DNA from: a virus
Lineage: Duplodnaviria; Caudoviricetes
Virus record (IMG/VR): IMGVR_UViG_3300033076_001536
Coordinates: 1-25,071 of that record
DNA length: 25,071 nt
Direction: 5' to 3' (one strand)
Position 1 is the first letter of the stretch, and the number at the start of each line of letters is the position of its first letter. The notes below the pieces were generated by a model that did not search any database, was not told the origin of the DNA, and saw nothing but the letters and a program-made list of their open reading frames with translations. The position numbers and the translations under genes were made by a program. Below are positions 1-8,741 of this stretch, piece by piece.

Positions 1-82
1 AGTTCCCGACACGCTTTAATTTCGCGGGAGTGATGTTGAAAAACAAAATGTCATTCTGTCAGTTGACTGGGGGCTGTAGAAA

Positions 83-865
83 ATGGCAGACGATTCCAAA
101 GGCAACGCGATCAAGGCTCCTGGCCTCCAGGAGTGGGCGACGTATTATGAAATCTCCCTGCGACAGGCGTTTCGCTGGCAAACCGCCAGTCTCGAAAAAA
201 TGCAGGGGCATCCGCCGTTTCAAGACCCACCAGCAATGATCGCCTGGTGGGGGAGGTGTTTCAAAAATCGCGTCTCCTCCAAAATCACCAAAGCCAACGC
301 CAAATGGGCCACCGGCGCACGTCCATCGAATCAGCCTTCTCAGTCCCCTCCGGACTCATCGGATTCAGCACCCGACGTAACTGCTCCAAAAGAAGCCAAC
401 TTCGACTTCGGCGAGCTCAATACCGATCTGACCACTTTAAACAGCATCTCCGTCGCCCGCATGGCCGTCGCTGATTGTTGGGCCATCTACCAGGACGCCC
501 GGACGCGCGGAGCCCTCGGCGAACTCGACCACCTGCGCCAGAACCTCCAGCGTTCGCAGGAGACTCTCTCCAAGCTCGAATCCCGATCCACCCGCCAGCT
601 CCAAGCCGAAGGAGCCCTCGTCCTGGCCTCCGAAGTCCAGGCCCGCCTGCTCCCGCTCCTCAAAGTCATTCCTCAACAATTCTCCCGCACCATCGAAACC
701 GCCCTCCTCCGGCTCCTCACAGATCAACTCCACATCACACCTGAGACCATCCGCGCCGCCGTCTCCGCCGCCCAATCCGAAGCCTGCACCCACATCACCA
801 ACCACCTCCTGCCCCTCACCACCGACGAAATCAAACTGCTCGCCACCGAGCCCGCGCCCCCATGA
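83..865 (+). CDS. terS: Terminase small subunit (putative)
   Basis: 260 aa; N-terminal HTH-like segment (LQEWATYYEISLRQAFRW); helical C-terminal half; stop overlaps the terL ATG (ATGA at 862-865). Confidence 0.7.
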   Translation: MADDSKGNAIKAPGLQEWATYYEISLRQAFRWQTASLEKMQGHPPFQDPPAMIAWWGRCFKNRVSSKITKANAKWATGARPSNQPSQSPPDSSDSAPDVTAPKEANFDFGELNTDLTTLNSISVARMAVADCWAIYQDARTRGALGELDHLRQNLQRSQETLSKLESRSTRQLQAEGALVLASEVQARLLPLLKVIPQQFSRTIETALLRLLTDQLHITPETIRAAVSAAQSEACTHITNHLLPLTTDEIKLLATEPAPP

Positions 866-2919
866 TTTCTCCCGCCCCCAACAAAGGCGAAACCCTCGTC
901 AACCAATGCCTCGCCGAAGCCTTTCGCCCCCTCAGCACCGAACGCATCGCCGACTGGGCCTACCGCGTCATCCGTTTAAACAACGTCGAAGGCGAATTCA
1001 AAAACCTTCCCTACGACGTCCAACGCACCCCCATCAACACTGACATGTTCGACTGGTGGCAAGACCCCACCAGCAAATATTCCGAATACGTCATCATGAA
1101 AGGCTCCCAGGACGGCCGCACCCTCGGAGCCGCCATCTGCGCCGCCTACAACTTCGCCAACAACCCCGGCAACTTCGGTTATTTCGGCTCCAGCAAAGAA
1201 GAAGCCAACCGAATCACCCGCGCCCGGTTCATGCCCATTTTGCGTCAGGCCGATCCCAGCATCTCCGATGCCATCGACCTCGCAGGCGAAGCTGCCGTCG
1301 TCAAACTCATCAACGGCAACGTCTTCCTCACCCACGGCGGCACCGTGCCCCCCGCCTCCTGGCCACTCCGCGACATTGTCATCGACGAAGCCGCCATCCA
1401 GCCACTCACCGAATTCGGCTCCACCATGGAACTCGCCGCCAAACGCAGCGAGAAACAAAGCGGACGCAAAATCCTCATCTTCTCCAAGCCCGAAATTTGG
1501 CCCAAATACCAAGCCAACCCCCGCAACGGAGACCTCCGTCTCATCAACGGAGAACGCGCCCTTTTCACCGAAAAATGGATGTCCGGCACCCAGGAAGTCC
1601 CCATGGTTCCCTGCCCCCACTGTGGCGGATTCCAAGAGCTCACCGACGAACAATTCCGCGCCCCCGCCCGACTACTCCCCGGCCTCGACCTCCAGGAAGC
1701 CGACATCGATCTCACCGAAATCGAAAACAACACCTGGTATGAGTGCGTCCACTGCGCCCATCCCATCTACGAAAAAGACAAAGCGCAAATGGTCCGCTCC
1801 TACCGACTCGAGCCCGCCCCGCTCGATCCCAAAGAAGCCAAACGCCGAGGCTTCGCCCGCCCCCGCATGGTCGGCTGCGACCCCAAACACCCCGACATCA
1901 CCCGCTACAAACGCCCCCTCCCCGGCGTCAAATCCATCCACACCTCCGACCTTTACAACATCACCACCCCCGAATGTTCCTGGGGTAAAATCCACCGCAA
2001 AAAACTCGCCGCTCAGCGCGATCCCTCCGCGTGGGCCACCTACTGCAAAGACTGCCGGGGCGAGCCCCCCGCCGAGACCACCTACAGCGGAGAACTCACC
2101 GATCGCATCCTCTCCCGGCTCAAAGGAGCGTATAAAAAGCTCGGGCTCATCGACCCCCTCACCGGCGAACTCGGCACCCCACTCCATTCCCTCCCCATCG
2201 ATCCCGAGCGCCTCACCGTCCAGATCGACTACCAGGAAGGCGCCGTCGGCCAGTCCAGCTACTTCCCCTTCACTCTCACCGCCTTCGACGACAAAGACCA
2301 AATCCACGTCGTCGACTACGGCATTCTCAAAACCCTCGAAGACATCGCAGACCTCCTACAGATTGAATTCCAAGGCCCCAGCGGAAAAAAAGGCCGCATC
2401 ACCTTCGGACTCATGGACTCCCAGCACGACACCTCCACCGTCCTGGAATTTTGCCAACGCCCCGGCGTTTACGGCCGCCTCTATCCCTCCGCCGGCGTCA
2501 GTCGAAACCTCGACATCGACCGCCGCGATCTCACATTGAAATCCAAATACGGCGTCCCCTTCTGGGCCCTCAACTACCGTTCATCCTACTGGGAAAATCA
2601 ACTCTACACCTTCGCCCTCAGCAAATGGTGCGAACTCCTCGATCCCAACAACCGCGCGCGCCTCAATGGCATCGCCGCCGCCCGACACGCCCACATCTGC
2701 CCACGCATCTTCCTACCCATCGACACCTGCGATGATTACTACGCCCAAATCTCCAACATGCACGAAGCCCCCGTCTCCGCCAAAGACCCCACCAAGGGAC
2801 TATGCTGGCAAAAGATCCGCAGCTCTGATCCCAACGACTACGGAGACTGCCTCAAGCTGGCCCTCATCCTCCGCCGCTTCTTCCGCGACGGAGAAAACCG
2901 CTCTGCCCTCGCCTCGTGA
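862..2919 (+). CDS. terL: Terminase large subunit, lambda GpA family
   Basis: 685 aa; GpA-type Walker A region YVIMKGSQDGRT; Walker B IVIDEAA; CPHC...CVHC zinc-ribbon; C-terminal nuclease acidic residues (LMDS, NDYGDC). Confidence 0.92.
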   Translation: MISPAPNKGETLVNQCLAEAFRPLSTERIADWAYRVIRLNNVEGEFKNLPYDVQRTPINTDMFDWWQDPTSKYSEYVIMKGSQDGRTLGAAICAAYNFANNPGNFGYFGSSKEEANRITRARFMPILRQADPSISDAIDLAGEAAVVKLINGNVFLTHGGTVPPASWPLRDIVIDEAAIQPLTEFGSTMELAAKRSEKQSGRKILIFSKPEIWPKYQANPRNGDLRLINGERALFTEKWMSGTQEVPMVPCPHCGGFQELTDEQFRAPARLLPGLDLQEADIDLTEIENNTWYECVHCAHPIYEKDKAQMVRSYRLEPAPLDPKEAKRRGFARPRMVGCDPKHPDITRYKRPLPGVKSIHTSDLYNITTPECSWGKIHRKKLAAQRDPSAWATYCKDCRGEPPAETTYSGELTDRILSRLKGAYKKLGLIDPLTGELGTPLHSLPIDPERLTVQIDYQEGAVGQSSYFPFTLTAFDDKDQIHVVDYGILKTLEDIADLLQIEFQGPSGKKGRITFGLMDSQHDTSTVLEFCQRPGVYGRLYPSAGVSRNLDIDRRDLTLKSKYGVPFWALNYRSSYWENQLYTFALSKWCELLDPNNRARLNGIAAARHAHICPRIFLPIDTCDDYYAQISNMHEAPVSAKDPTKGLCWQKIRSSDPNDYGDCLKLALILRRFFRDGENRSALAS

Positions 2920-2949
2920 AATTGACTCTCCTCCCAAAATCAAACATCC

Positions 2950-3276
2950 ATGAATAGGCACGTTATTATTTTCACTAGCAACTGCGCTCTCATCAGCACC
3001 GAAACCTCCGCTGATCCGATCATCATAAAGAGGGAGCCGATGGCTTGGCGACCAGAGCCACAAGGAACGGTCTCCACCAGCGATCCAGGCACCGGCACCT
3101 ATACCGAGCCCTGCTGGCCGGCTTACAACGATACAAATATTGCCGATTTCATTCCCCGCCAACAGCCGAAATTCTCCCCTTCCCACTCCCGTTATCTCGC
3201 GGCAAAAGACCCACACTCCGGCCAGCGCAAAATCCCAAAATTTCGCAAAATTAACCGCCCACACAAAAAGCGTTAA
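2950..3276 (+). CDS. Hypothetical protein, basic C-terminus
   Basis: 108-aa ORF fills the gap after terL; preceded by the TTGAC motif at 2922; less C-biased codons. Confidence 0.5.
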   Translation: MNRHVIIFTSNCALISTETSADPIIIKREPMAWRPEPQGTVSTSDPGTGTYTEPCWPAYNDTNIADFIPRQQPKFSPSHSRYLAAKDPHSGQRKIPKFRKINRPHKKR

Positions 3277-3325
3277 CTCCGCCCCTCTCAACTTTCTCAA
3301 GTCTCACCTCTCACCCATTCCTCCC

Positions 3326-3673
3326 ATGCCCATCCCCATCCCCAGCGACGACGAAATCGACTTCATCATCGAAACCAAACTCATGGACGGAGACGCCTAC
3401 TCCTGCGATCTCCTCAACGCAGAGATCGAAGCCGCCCGCCAAGCCCTCGCCGACGCCAGCGTCACCAGCAGCTCCGCCCTCGGCCACAGCGCCACCGTAG
3501 ACGCCGAGCTCGCCCGGGCCAACCTCAACACCCTCCTCCTCGCCCGCAAAACCTGCCAAGCCCGAGCCGCCGCCGTCGCCGCCGAACTCAGCGAACAAGA
3601 AATCGCCAACGCCCAGCCCTTCGAGGCACCCATCAACCGCTCCTTCAACTTCGCCGCCCGCCGCCTAATGTGA
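3326..3673 (+). CDS. Head-tail joining protein (gpW-like position)
   Basis: Start moved to ATG 3326 (cctcccATG), 115 aa; helix-hairpin-helix pattern (...ASVTSSSALGHSATV...); lies between terL and portal. Confidence 0.6.
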   Translation: MPIPIPSDDEIDFIIETKLMDGDAYSCDLLNAEIEAARQALADASVTSSSALGHSATVDAELARANLNTLLLARKTCQARAAAVAAELSEQEIANAQPFEAPINRSFNFAARRLM

Positions 3674-3757
3674 ACGTCACAACGGAGGCACGCGAATAAT
3701 GGGACACCCGAATTCACCAACCGACTTCGACGCGTTGCCTCCCGTGGCTGGTTCTGG
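3669..3757 (-). mobile_element. attC: attC-type integron recombination site (89 bp)
   Basis: Minus strand: R'' CCAGAAC, 5-nt spacer CAGCC, L'' ACGGGAGG (8 nt, one extra base), CA-A-CGCG (second extra base), 36-nt variable loop, CGCGTG, L' CCTCCGT (7 nt), 6-nt spacer TGTGAC, R' GTTCACA. This is canonical attC spacing with both extrahelical bases. Confidence 0.8.
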
Positions 3758-3952
3758 CCGGGAGTGGATCGTGGAAATTCCATGCCGGATAGTCCACACG
3801 ATGACCGTCCGCGCTGACTCCAGAAAAGAGGCTGAAGCAAAGCTACGCAAACGATCTGAACACATGGACGACTTTACAGCGATCGACCACCAAACCGTCA
3901 GCTTCGGGATCGGACGCGTGATCTGCGAAGACGCAAAACGAAATCGCCAGAA
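3675..3952 (-). mobile_element. Integron-type gene cassette (~278 bp) integrated in the phage head module
   Basis: Bounded by G|TT crossover points on the minus strand; GTTCTGGC (3751-3758) is the exact reverse complement of GCCAGAAC (3946-3953); the segment lacks the C-rich bias of its flanks. Confidence 0.72.
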
Positions 3953-3956
3953 CTAG
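3699..3956 (+). CDS. Small cassette-encoded hypothetical protein
   Basis: 85 aa; GGAGG at 3684-3688, 10 nt before the ATG; core WIVEI...TMTVRADSRKEAEAKL resembles small beta-beta-alpha phage proteins; stop lies just past the cassette boundary. Confidence 0.7.
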   Translation: MGHPNSPTDFDALPPVAGSGREWIVEIPCRIVHTMTVRADSRKEAEAKLRKRSEHMDDFTAIDHQTVSFGIGRVICEDAKRNRQN

Positions 3957-4105
3957 TTGATCACCGACAGATTTGTCGATTATGACGCGTATTTGCGCGT
4001 AAACCAACATTTCACCTCCGATCCCTGACCTCCGATCCCTGACCCCTGACCTCTGCCCCCTGAGGTCACCGCCATGCCCCTGTCATTGACACCGCCCCTG
4101 CGGCA

Positions 4106-5653
4106 ATGACACCGCAGCCCACGTCCACTCTTCCGCCCACTGGCTACCTCCAGACCGCCACCGGCCTCATCATCCCCGCAGGCACCAACGACGTCGCCTT
4201 CTCCCCGCCCTTCGGTTACGCTGGGGCTCCTGGCAACTACACGGCCGCTGTTAAAGATCCCGCCCAGGCCTCCATTTATTTTCCAGAGAGGCGCAGCGTC
4301 TTCGACATCACCCCCGACGACCGGCTCACCATCCTCGACAAAGCCCGCTGGGCCACCCGCAACACTGGCTTGGGCAACCGCATCAACGAAGGCATCGCCG
4401 AAATGGTCGGCGCCCTCGCCCCCAGTCCCACCACCACCGACGAAGAATGGAACCAGCTCGCCAAAGCCGCGTTTGAAGACGTCACCTCCTCCGCACTCAT
4501 CTTCGACCAGGCAGGCGATGAAAACTTCGAGCAACGCCAGCTCACCCTCACCAAGAAGTTAGTCGAAGATGGAGACTGCCTGCTCGCCCTGACGGAAACA
4601 GCCTCCGGACTGCCATCCACCGCCCTTTACGAATCCCCCCAGATCGGCAACCCCAAAGGGAAATCCGCCCGCGACGGATGGCTCGACGGCGTTCAACTCT
4701 CCGGATCCTACCGCCGGCAAGCCTTCGGCATTCTCGATGCCAACCTCTGCCCCACAGACTTCAGCATCTCCGCATTCGACGCCATTTTCTTCGGCGATCC
4801 CAAACCCCACGCCCCCCGCGGCGTCTCCAAGTTCGCCACCTTCGTCAAGCGCCTCATGGACGTCCGCCAGATGGACAACGACCAGCTCGCAGGCATCCAC
4901 GCCGCCAACCTCGTCGGCTTCTACCTCAAAAATAACACCCTCGAAAACGCCAAGGCCAAGGCACTCATGGACGAAGCCGTGTTTAAAACAAAATTCGGCA
5001 ACACCCCCACCGCCGACGGCGACCAGAAATCCTACAAATCCGAAGACATCTTCCGCCACTCCGGCACCATGGCAGACCTCAACATCGGTCAGGAATTCGC
5101 CACCGTCCACGACGAGCGCCGCCACCCCAACACCGCCGAATTCGTCAGCTACTTCATCCGCGACATGGCCTGGGGCACCGGCTTTCCGCCCGAAGTCATC
5201 TGGTTCCTCGGCCAGCTCGCAGGCCCCGGCGTCCGCTTCATGATCAAATCCGGAGAAAAAGCAGCCAAACGCTACCGCCGCATCCTCCGCGAGCGCTACT
5301 GCCAGCGCATCTGGGTCTGGGTCATTTCCAAGCTCGTCAAACTCGGACGCCTCCGACCCTGCAACGACAACCGCTGGTGGAAATGCGAATGGTTAGAGCC
5401 CGAATCCCTCACCATCGACCTCGGCCGCGACATCAAAGCAGGCCTCGAAGAGATCCGCGCCGGAGGCAACACCTACGCCAACTGGTATGGCGAGGTAAAA
5501 CAAGACTGGAAAGAGCAATTCCGCCAAAAAGCCGCAGAACTCAAGGAAGCCGCAAAGCTCGAAAAAGACAACGACCTCCCCCCCGGCTCGCTCCTCGGCC
5601 AAGTCATCATCCAGCTCAACCCCAACAACATCCAACCCGCCCAAGCTGCGTAA
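4106..5653 (+). CDS. Portal protein, lambda family
   Basis: 515 aa; motifs ARWATRN, EDGDCL, DGVQL, PRGVS, W..P..LTIDLGRD; position after terL/gpW. Confidence 0.92.
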   Translation: MTPQPTSTLPPTGYLQTATGLIIPAGTNDVAFSPPFGYAGAPGNYTAAVKDPAQASIYFPERRSVFDITPDDRLTILDKARWATRNTGLGNRINEGIAEMVGALAPSPTTTDEEWNQLAKAAFEDVTSSALIFDQAGDENFEQRQLTLTKKLVEDGDCLLALTETASGLPSTALYESPQIGNPKGKSARDGWLDGVQLSGSYRRQAFGILDANLCPTDFSISAFDAIFFGDPKPHAPRGVSKFATFVKRLMDVRQMDNDQLAGIHAANLVGFYLKNNTLENAKAKALMDEAVFKTKFGNTPTADGDQKSYKSEDIFRHSGTMADLNIGQEFATVHDERRHPNTAEFVSYFIRDMAWGTGFPPEVIWFLGQLAGPGVRFMIKSGEKAAKRYRRILRERYCQRIWVWVISKLVKLGRLRPCNDNRWWKCEWLEPESLTIDLGRDIKAGLEEIRAGGNTYANWYGEVKQDWKEQFRQKAAELKEAAKLEKDNDLPPGSLLGQVIIQLNPNNIQPAQAA

Positions 5654-5655
5654 CC

Positions 5656-5877
5656 ATGAGGGCAAAACTGACCAACACCGAATCCCGCGTCCAGTTTCCC
5701 ATCGGCCTCTGCGCCTGCGGCACCACCACCCGTCACCGGCGCAAGAATGGAGATCCCTGGTGCGTCCCCTGCCAAGTCCGTGCCACCCGCGCCGCAGAAG
5801 AAGCCAAAGGCATCCCATTCGAACCCTTCCCCCTCATGCCCGCCATGCAAGGCCGCCACGAAAACTTCCGCTTCTAA
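5656..5877 (+). CDS. Small Cys-rich (possible Zn-binding) protein
   Basis: 73 aa from ATG 5656, 3 nt after the portal stop; CACG...WCVPC; phage-like codon bias. Confidence 0.55.
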   Translation: MRAKLTNTESRVQFPIGLCACGTTTRHRRKNGDPWCVPCQVRATRAAEEAKGIPFEPFPLMPAMQGRHENFRF

Positions 5878-5926
5878 CCTCACTCCCTTACTCTCCCACT
5901 CCCTAACTCTCTTTTACCCTCCTCCC

Positions 5927-6841
5927 ATGCACTACAACCGCATCCTCAACCTCCTCACCCTCCAGCCCCTCGAACTCCGCGCCGCCGCCAACGGCCAAGG
6001 CATCGGCCCCGAGCATCGCACCTTCATCGAAGCCGTCCACGCCCGCCTCCATGGCCCCGCCGAGCGCGTTTCCCCCAGCGTCCGGGAATATGCCCCCAAA
6101 GACTTCCGCCCCGCCAACATCGCCCCCGGAGGGATCAATGCAGCTCGGCAGAAATCCGGGCTGGATCCCATTTACAGCTACGATGCCGCCACCAACGTCA
6201 TCACGTTAGACATCTGCGGCCCACTCGCTCTCCACGCATCCCTTTTCGAAATGGACTGCATGGGAGTCGTCTCCTACGACCACCTCAACGAAGCCCTCCA
6301 GGAGATTCCCCAGCGTTACCCCAACGCCAAAGCCACCGTCCTCAACATCGACTCCCCCGGCGGTCAGACCCGGGGCAACATGGCCACCGCCTCCTTTGTC
6401 GAGCAGCTCACCGAAGCTATGCCAGTCGTCGCCTACAGTGATTCCATCATGTGCTCCGCCGCCATGAAGATCGCCGCCCCCGCAGACTACATCCTGACCA
6501 GTTCCGATGCTGAAGTCGGCTCCATCGGCACCGTCTTAGCCTTCCTGGACGATACCGAATACCTCCAAAACCTCGGCCTCAAATGGGAAGTCATCGCCAG
6601 CGGAGAACTCAAAGGCATCGGCTACGGACCCCTCACCGAAGTCCAGCGGGACCACCTCCAGTCCCAAGTGGACGCCGCCGCCAACACCTTCAAAGCCCAC
6701 ATGCAGACCCACCGCCCCGGCCTCACCGCCGAAGACATGCGTGGCCAGTCCTGGTCCGCCGCCACCGCACCCGCCGCCCTCCTGGACGCCACCAACTTCC
6801 CAACCCTTGCCCACGCCCAAGCCTTCGCCGCCACCCTCTAA
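5927..6841 (+). CDS. Prohead protease, S49/SppA (ClpP-like) family
   Basis: Start ATG 5927 (cctcccATG), 304 aa; LNIDSPGG, CSAAMKIA, VGSIG and GELK motifs. Confidence 0.9.
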   Translation: MHYNRILNLLTLQPLELRAAANGQGIGPEHRTFIEAVHARLHGPAERVSPSVREYAPKDFRPANIAPGGINAARQKSGLDPIYSYDAATNVITLDICGPLALHASLFEMDCMGVVSYDHLNEALQEIPQRYPNAKATVLNIDSPGGQTRGNMATASFVEQLTEAMPVVAYSDSIMCSAAMKIAAPADYILTSSDAEVGSIGTVLAFLDDTEYLQNLGLKWEVIASGELKGIGYGPLTEVQRDHLQSQVDAAANTFKAHMQTHRPGLTAEDMRGQSWSAATAPAALLDATNFPTLAHAQAFAATL

Positions 6842-6843
6842 AA

Positions 6844-6871
6844 GTGGCGGGGGCATTCTGCCCCCAAGCCC
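6844..6871 (+). repeat. REP-like palindrome, copy 1 of 6
   Basis: GTGGCGGGGGCATTCTGCCCCCAAGCCC, 7-bp stem with 3-nt loop, 3 nt after a stop codon. Confidence 0.85.
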
Positions 6872-7056
6872 CACACCCTTTCCGGCACGTTGTCGGAACC
6901 CCGGAGGGGTCGTTGATACCCCGCTAAACTAATCCTCGGCCCCTCCGGTTAGCCTTTGCAAGCCCCACTTTTCTCACTCTCCCACTCCCTCACTCTCTTT
7001 CCTCCCCACTTGACACCCCTCCCTCATCACATCCGCAAACCACCAACCATCCTACC

Positions 7057-7644
7057 ATGAAGAAAAAAACCTCGTTCCTGTTCCTCCTCGCGCTCCTCTG
7101 CCCCGTCTTTTCCATCACGGCTGACGACGCCCCCGGTTCCCCTGATCCCGCGCCAGATCCAGCGCCCGAGCCAACTCCCGCACCAGCTCCAGAATCCGCC
7201 GACAACCGCAGCGTCGCCGCCAAATTCATCGACCAGCTCAAGTCCAAAGACACCCTTTCCTCCGCCAACGCCAAGCTCAAAACAGACTTGGCTAGTGCCA
7301 ATGCCCGCATCACCACATTGACCGCCGAGAACACCACCCTCACCGGAGCTGTCGAAGCCTCGCAGGATCTGCTCAACCGCCTCGGAGCCGTGGAAAAGGC
7401 CATGGGCCTCACTTCCGGCCTCCTCAGCACCGGCACCACACAGGAAATCGACTCCGCCATCGCTGGCAAAATCGCCTCCGGCGTCATCGACGAACAAGCC
7501 CGCGCCGGAGTCCCCTCCGCCACGCTCCCCGCCGCCGCCCCGTCGGATGTCAACCCACAAGACGCCAAACTCAACGCCCTCACCGGTCTCGATCGCTCCC
7601 AGGCTGCCTTCGCCTCCATGCCCATCTTCAAACGCTCCGCCTAG
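7057..7644 (+). CDS. Probable capsid scaffolding protein
   Basis: 195 aa; Pro-rich linker and coiled coil; lies between protease and capsid; hydrophobic N-terminal leader. Confidence 0.6.
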   Translation: MKKKTSFLFLLALLCPVFSITADDAPGSPDPAPDPAPEPTPAPAPESADNRSVAAKFIDQLKSKDTLSSANAKLKTDLASANARITTLTAENTTLTGAVEASQDLLNRLGAVEKAMGLTSGLLSTGTTQEIDSAIAGKIASGVIDEQARAGVPSATLPAAAPSDVNPQDAKLNALTGLDRSQAAFASMPIFKRSA

Positions 7645-7701
7645 TCCATCCGTCACCACCACCACCCATTAAAATAAAGTTAGTCTAACCAACAAAACAT
7701 C

Positions 7702-8667
7702 ATGGCCCGTCTCACCCTCGCGCAAGTCGCCGCAGTCACCTCCCCAAACATCATGGGGCCGCTCATCGAAGCAAACACCACCTTCGCTCCTGAATGGGGC
7801 GTTGTGCCCGTCAAATCCATTCCCGGCACTAGCTATCAAACGCTCGTCCGCACTGGCCTCCCATCCGTCGCCTTCCAAAACCTCGGCGCAGGCGTCACCG
7901 CCACCAAGAGCCAATTCGCGCTCCGCAAGCACGATATGTTCTTCAAAAAGGCCCGTGTCGAAGCCGTCAAGGAAATCGCCGACGCATGGGATTCCCAGAG
8001 TGGCGTGGGCTCCTACTTCAACGTAGAGGCCAGCGGCATCGTGCGCGCCACCATGCAACTCCTCGGCACCCAAATGTTCTACGGCACCGCCGCAGGCACA
8101 GACAAGGGCTTCCAAGGACTCAAAGCCTTCACCCCATTCGGCGGCTCCTACACGCTGGACGCCACCGGCACCACCGCCTCCACCGCCTCCAGCATTTATC
8201 TGTGCTGGCTCGGACTGGAAGAAGAAGCCATCGCTTTCCTCACTGGAAACAACACCGTCTTCCAACTTCCTCCTCCACGCCTGGAAACCATCAGCGTCAC
8301 CAACGCAGACGGAACAACGGGAAATGCAGACGCCTACACGTCCCAGCTCGATGGCTACAGCGGCCTCCGCATCGGCTCTCCGCAGGCCGTCGTCCGCATC
8401 TGCAACATCACTGCAGAAACAGGCAAGAAAGCCACGGACAACCTCATTGCCCAAGCCCTCGCGCTCTTCCCCATTGGCTACCAACCGAACGCCATTTTCA
8501 TGAGCCGCCGCAGCCAGGAGCAGATCCGCGTCAGCCGCAGCCCCAGCAGCATCACCGTTCTCAACGGTGGAGGCATCTCCCTCTCCGCGCCGCCTCCAAC
8601 GGACTACAACGGCATTCCGTTCGTCATCACCGACTCCATCCTCAACACCGACGCCATCGAATCCTAA
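7702..8667 (+). CDS. Major capsid protein (HK97 fold, BPP-1-like family)
   Basis: 321 aa; M..LTL start, VRTGLPSVAF..G.GV..KS, FQGL, YNGIPFVITDSILNTD; A-rich leader. Confidence 0.88.
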   Translation: MARLTLAQVAAVTSPNIMGPLIEANTTFAPEWGVVPVKSIPGTSYQTLVRTGLPSVAFQNLGAGVTATKSQFALRKHDMFFKKARVEAVKEIADAWDSQSGVGSYFNVEASGIVRATMQLLGTQMFYGTAAGTDKGFQGLKAFTPFGGSYTLDATGTTASTASSIYLCWLGLEEEAIAFLTGNNTVFQLPPPRLETISVTNADGTTGNADAYTSQLDGYSGLRIGSPQAVVRICNITAETGKKATDNLIAQALALFPIGYQPNAIFMSRRSQEQIRVSRSPSSITVLNGGGISLSAPPPTDYNGIPFVITDSILNTDAIES

Positions 8668-8676
8668 CCGCCAAAA

Positions 8677-8703
8677 GTGGCAGGGGCATTCTGCCCATAA
8701 GCC
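8677..8703 (+). repeat. REP-like palindrome, copy 2
   Basis: GTGGCAGGGGCATTCTGCCCATAAGCC, 10 nt after the capsid stop. Confidence 0.8.
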
Positions 8704-8741
8704 AATCACAGCACTAAGCAACACACCCACCCCAACAACCC

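Noticed and set aside
1-60. cos site upstream of terS
   Set aside because: Expected by analogy with lambda, but no recognisable cosN or R-site pattern; window edge limits the view.
6893-6954. AAC...GTT-flanked stem as an attC
   Set aside because: Lacks the 5/6-nt unpaired spacer and the 8/7-nt L-box geometry.
7670-7689. TAAAATAAAGTTAG resembling the attI1 core (TAAAACAAAGTTAG), with a GTTAG-T-CTAAC palindrome
   Set aside because: More simply the A-rich leader of the capsid gene; no downstream attC and no attI1 upstream repeats.
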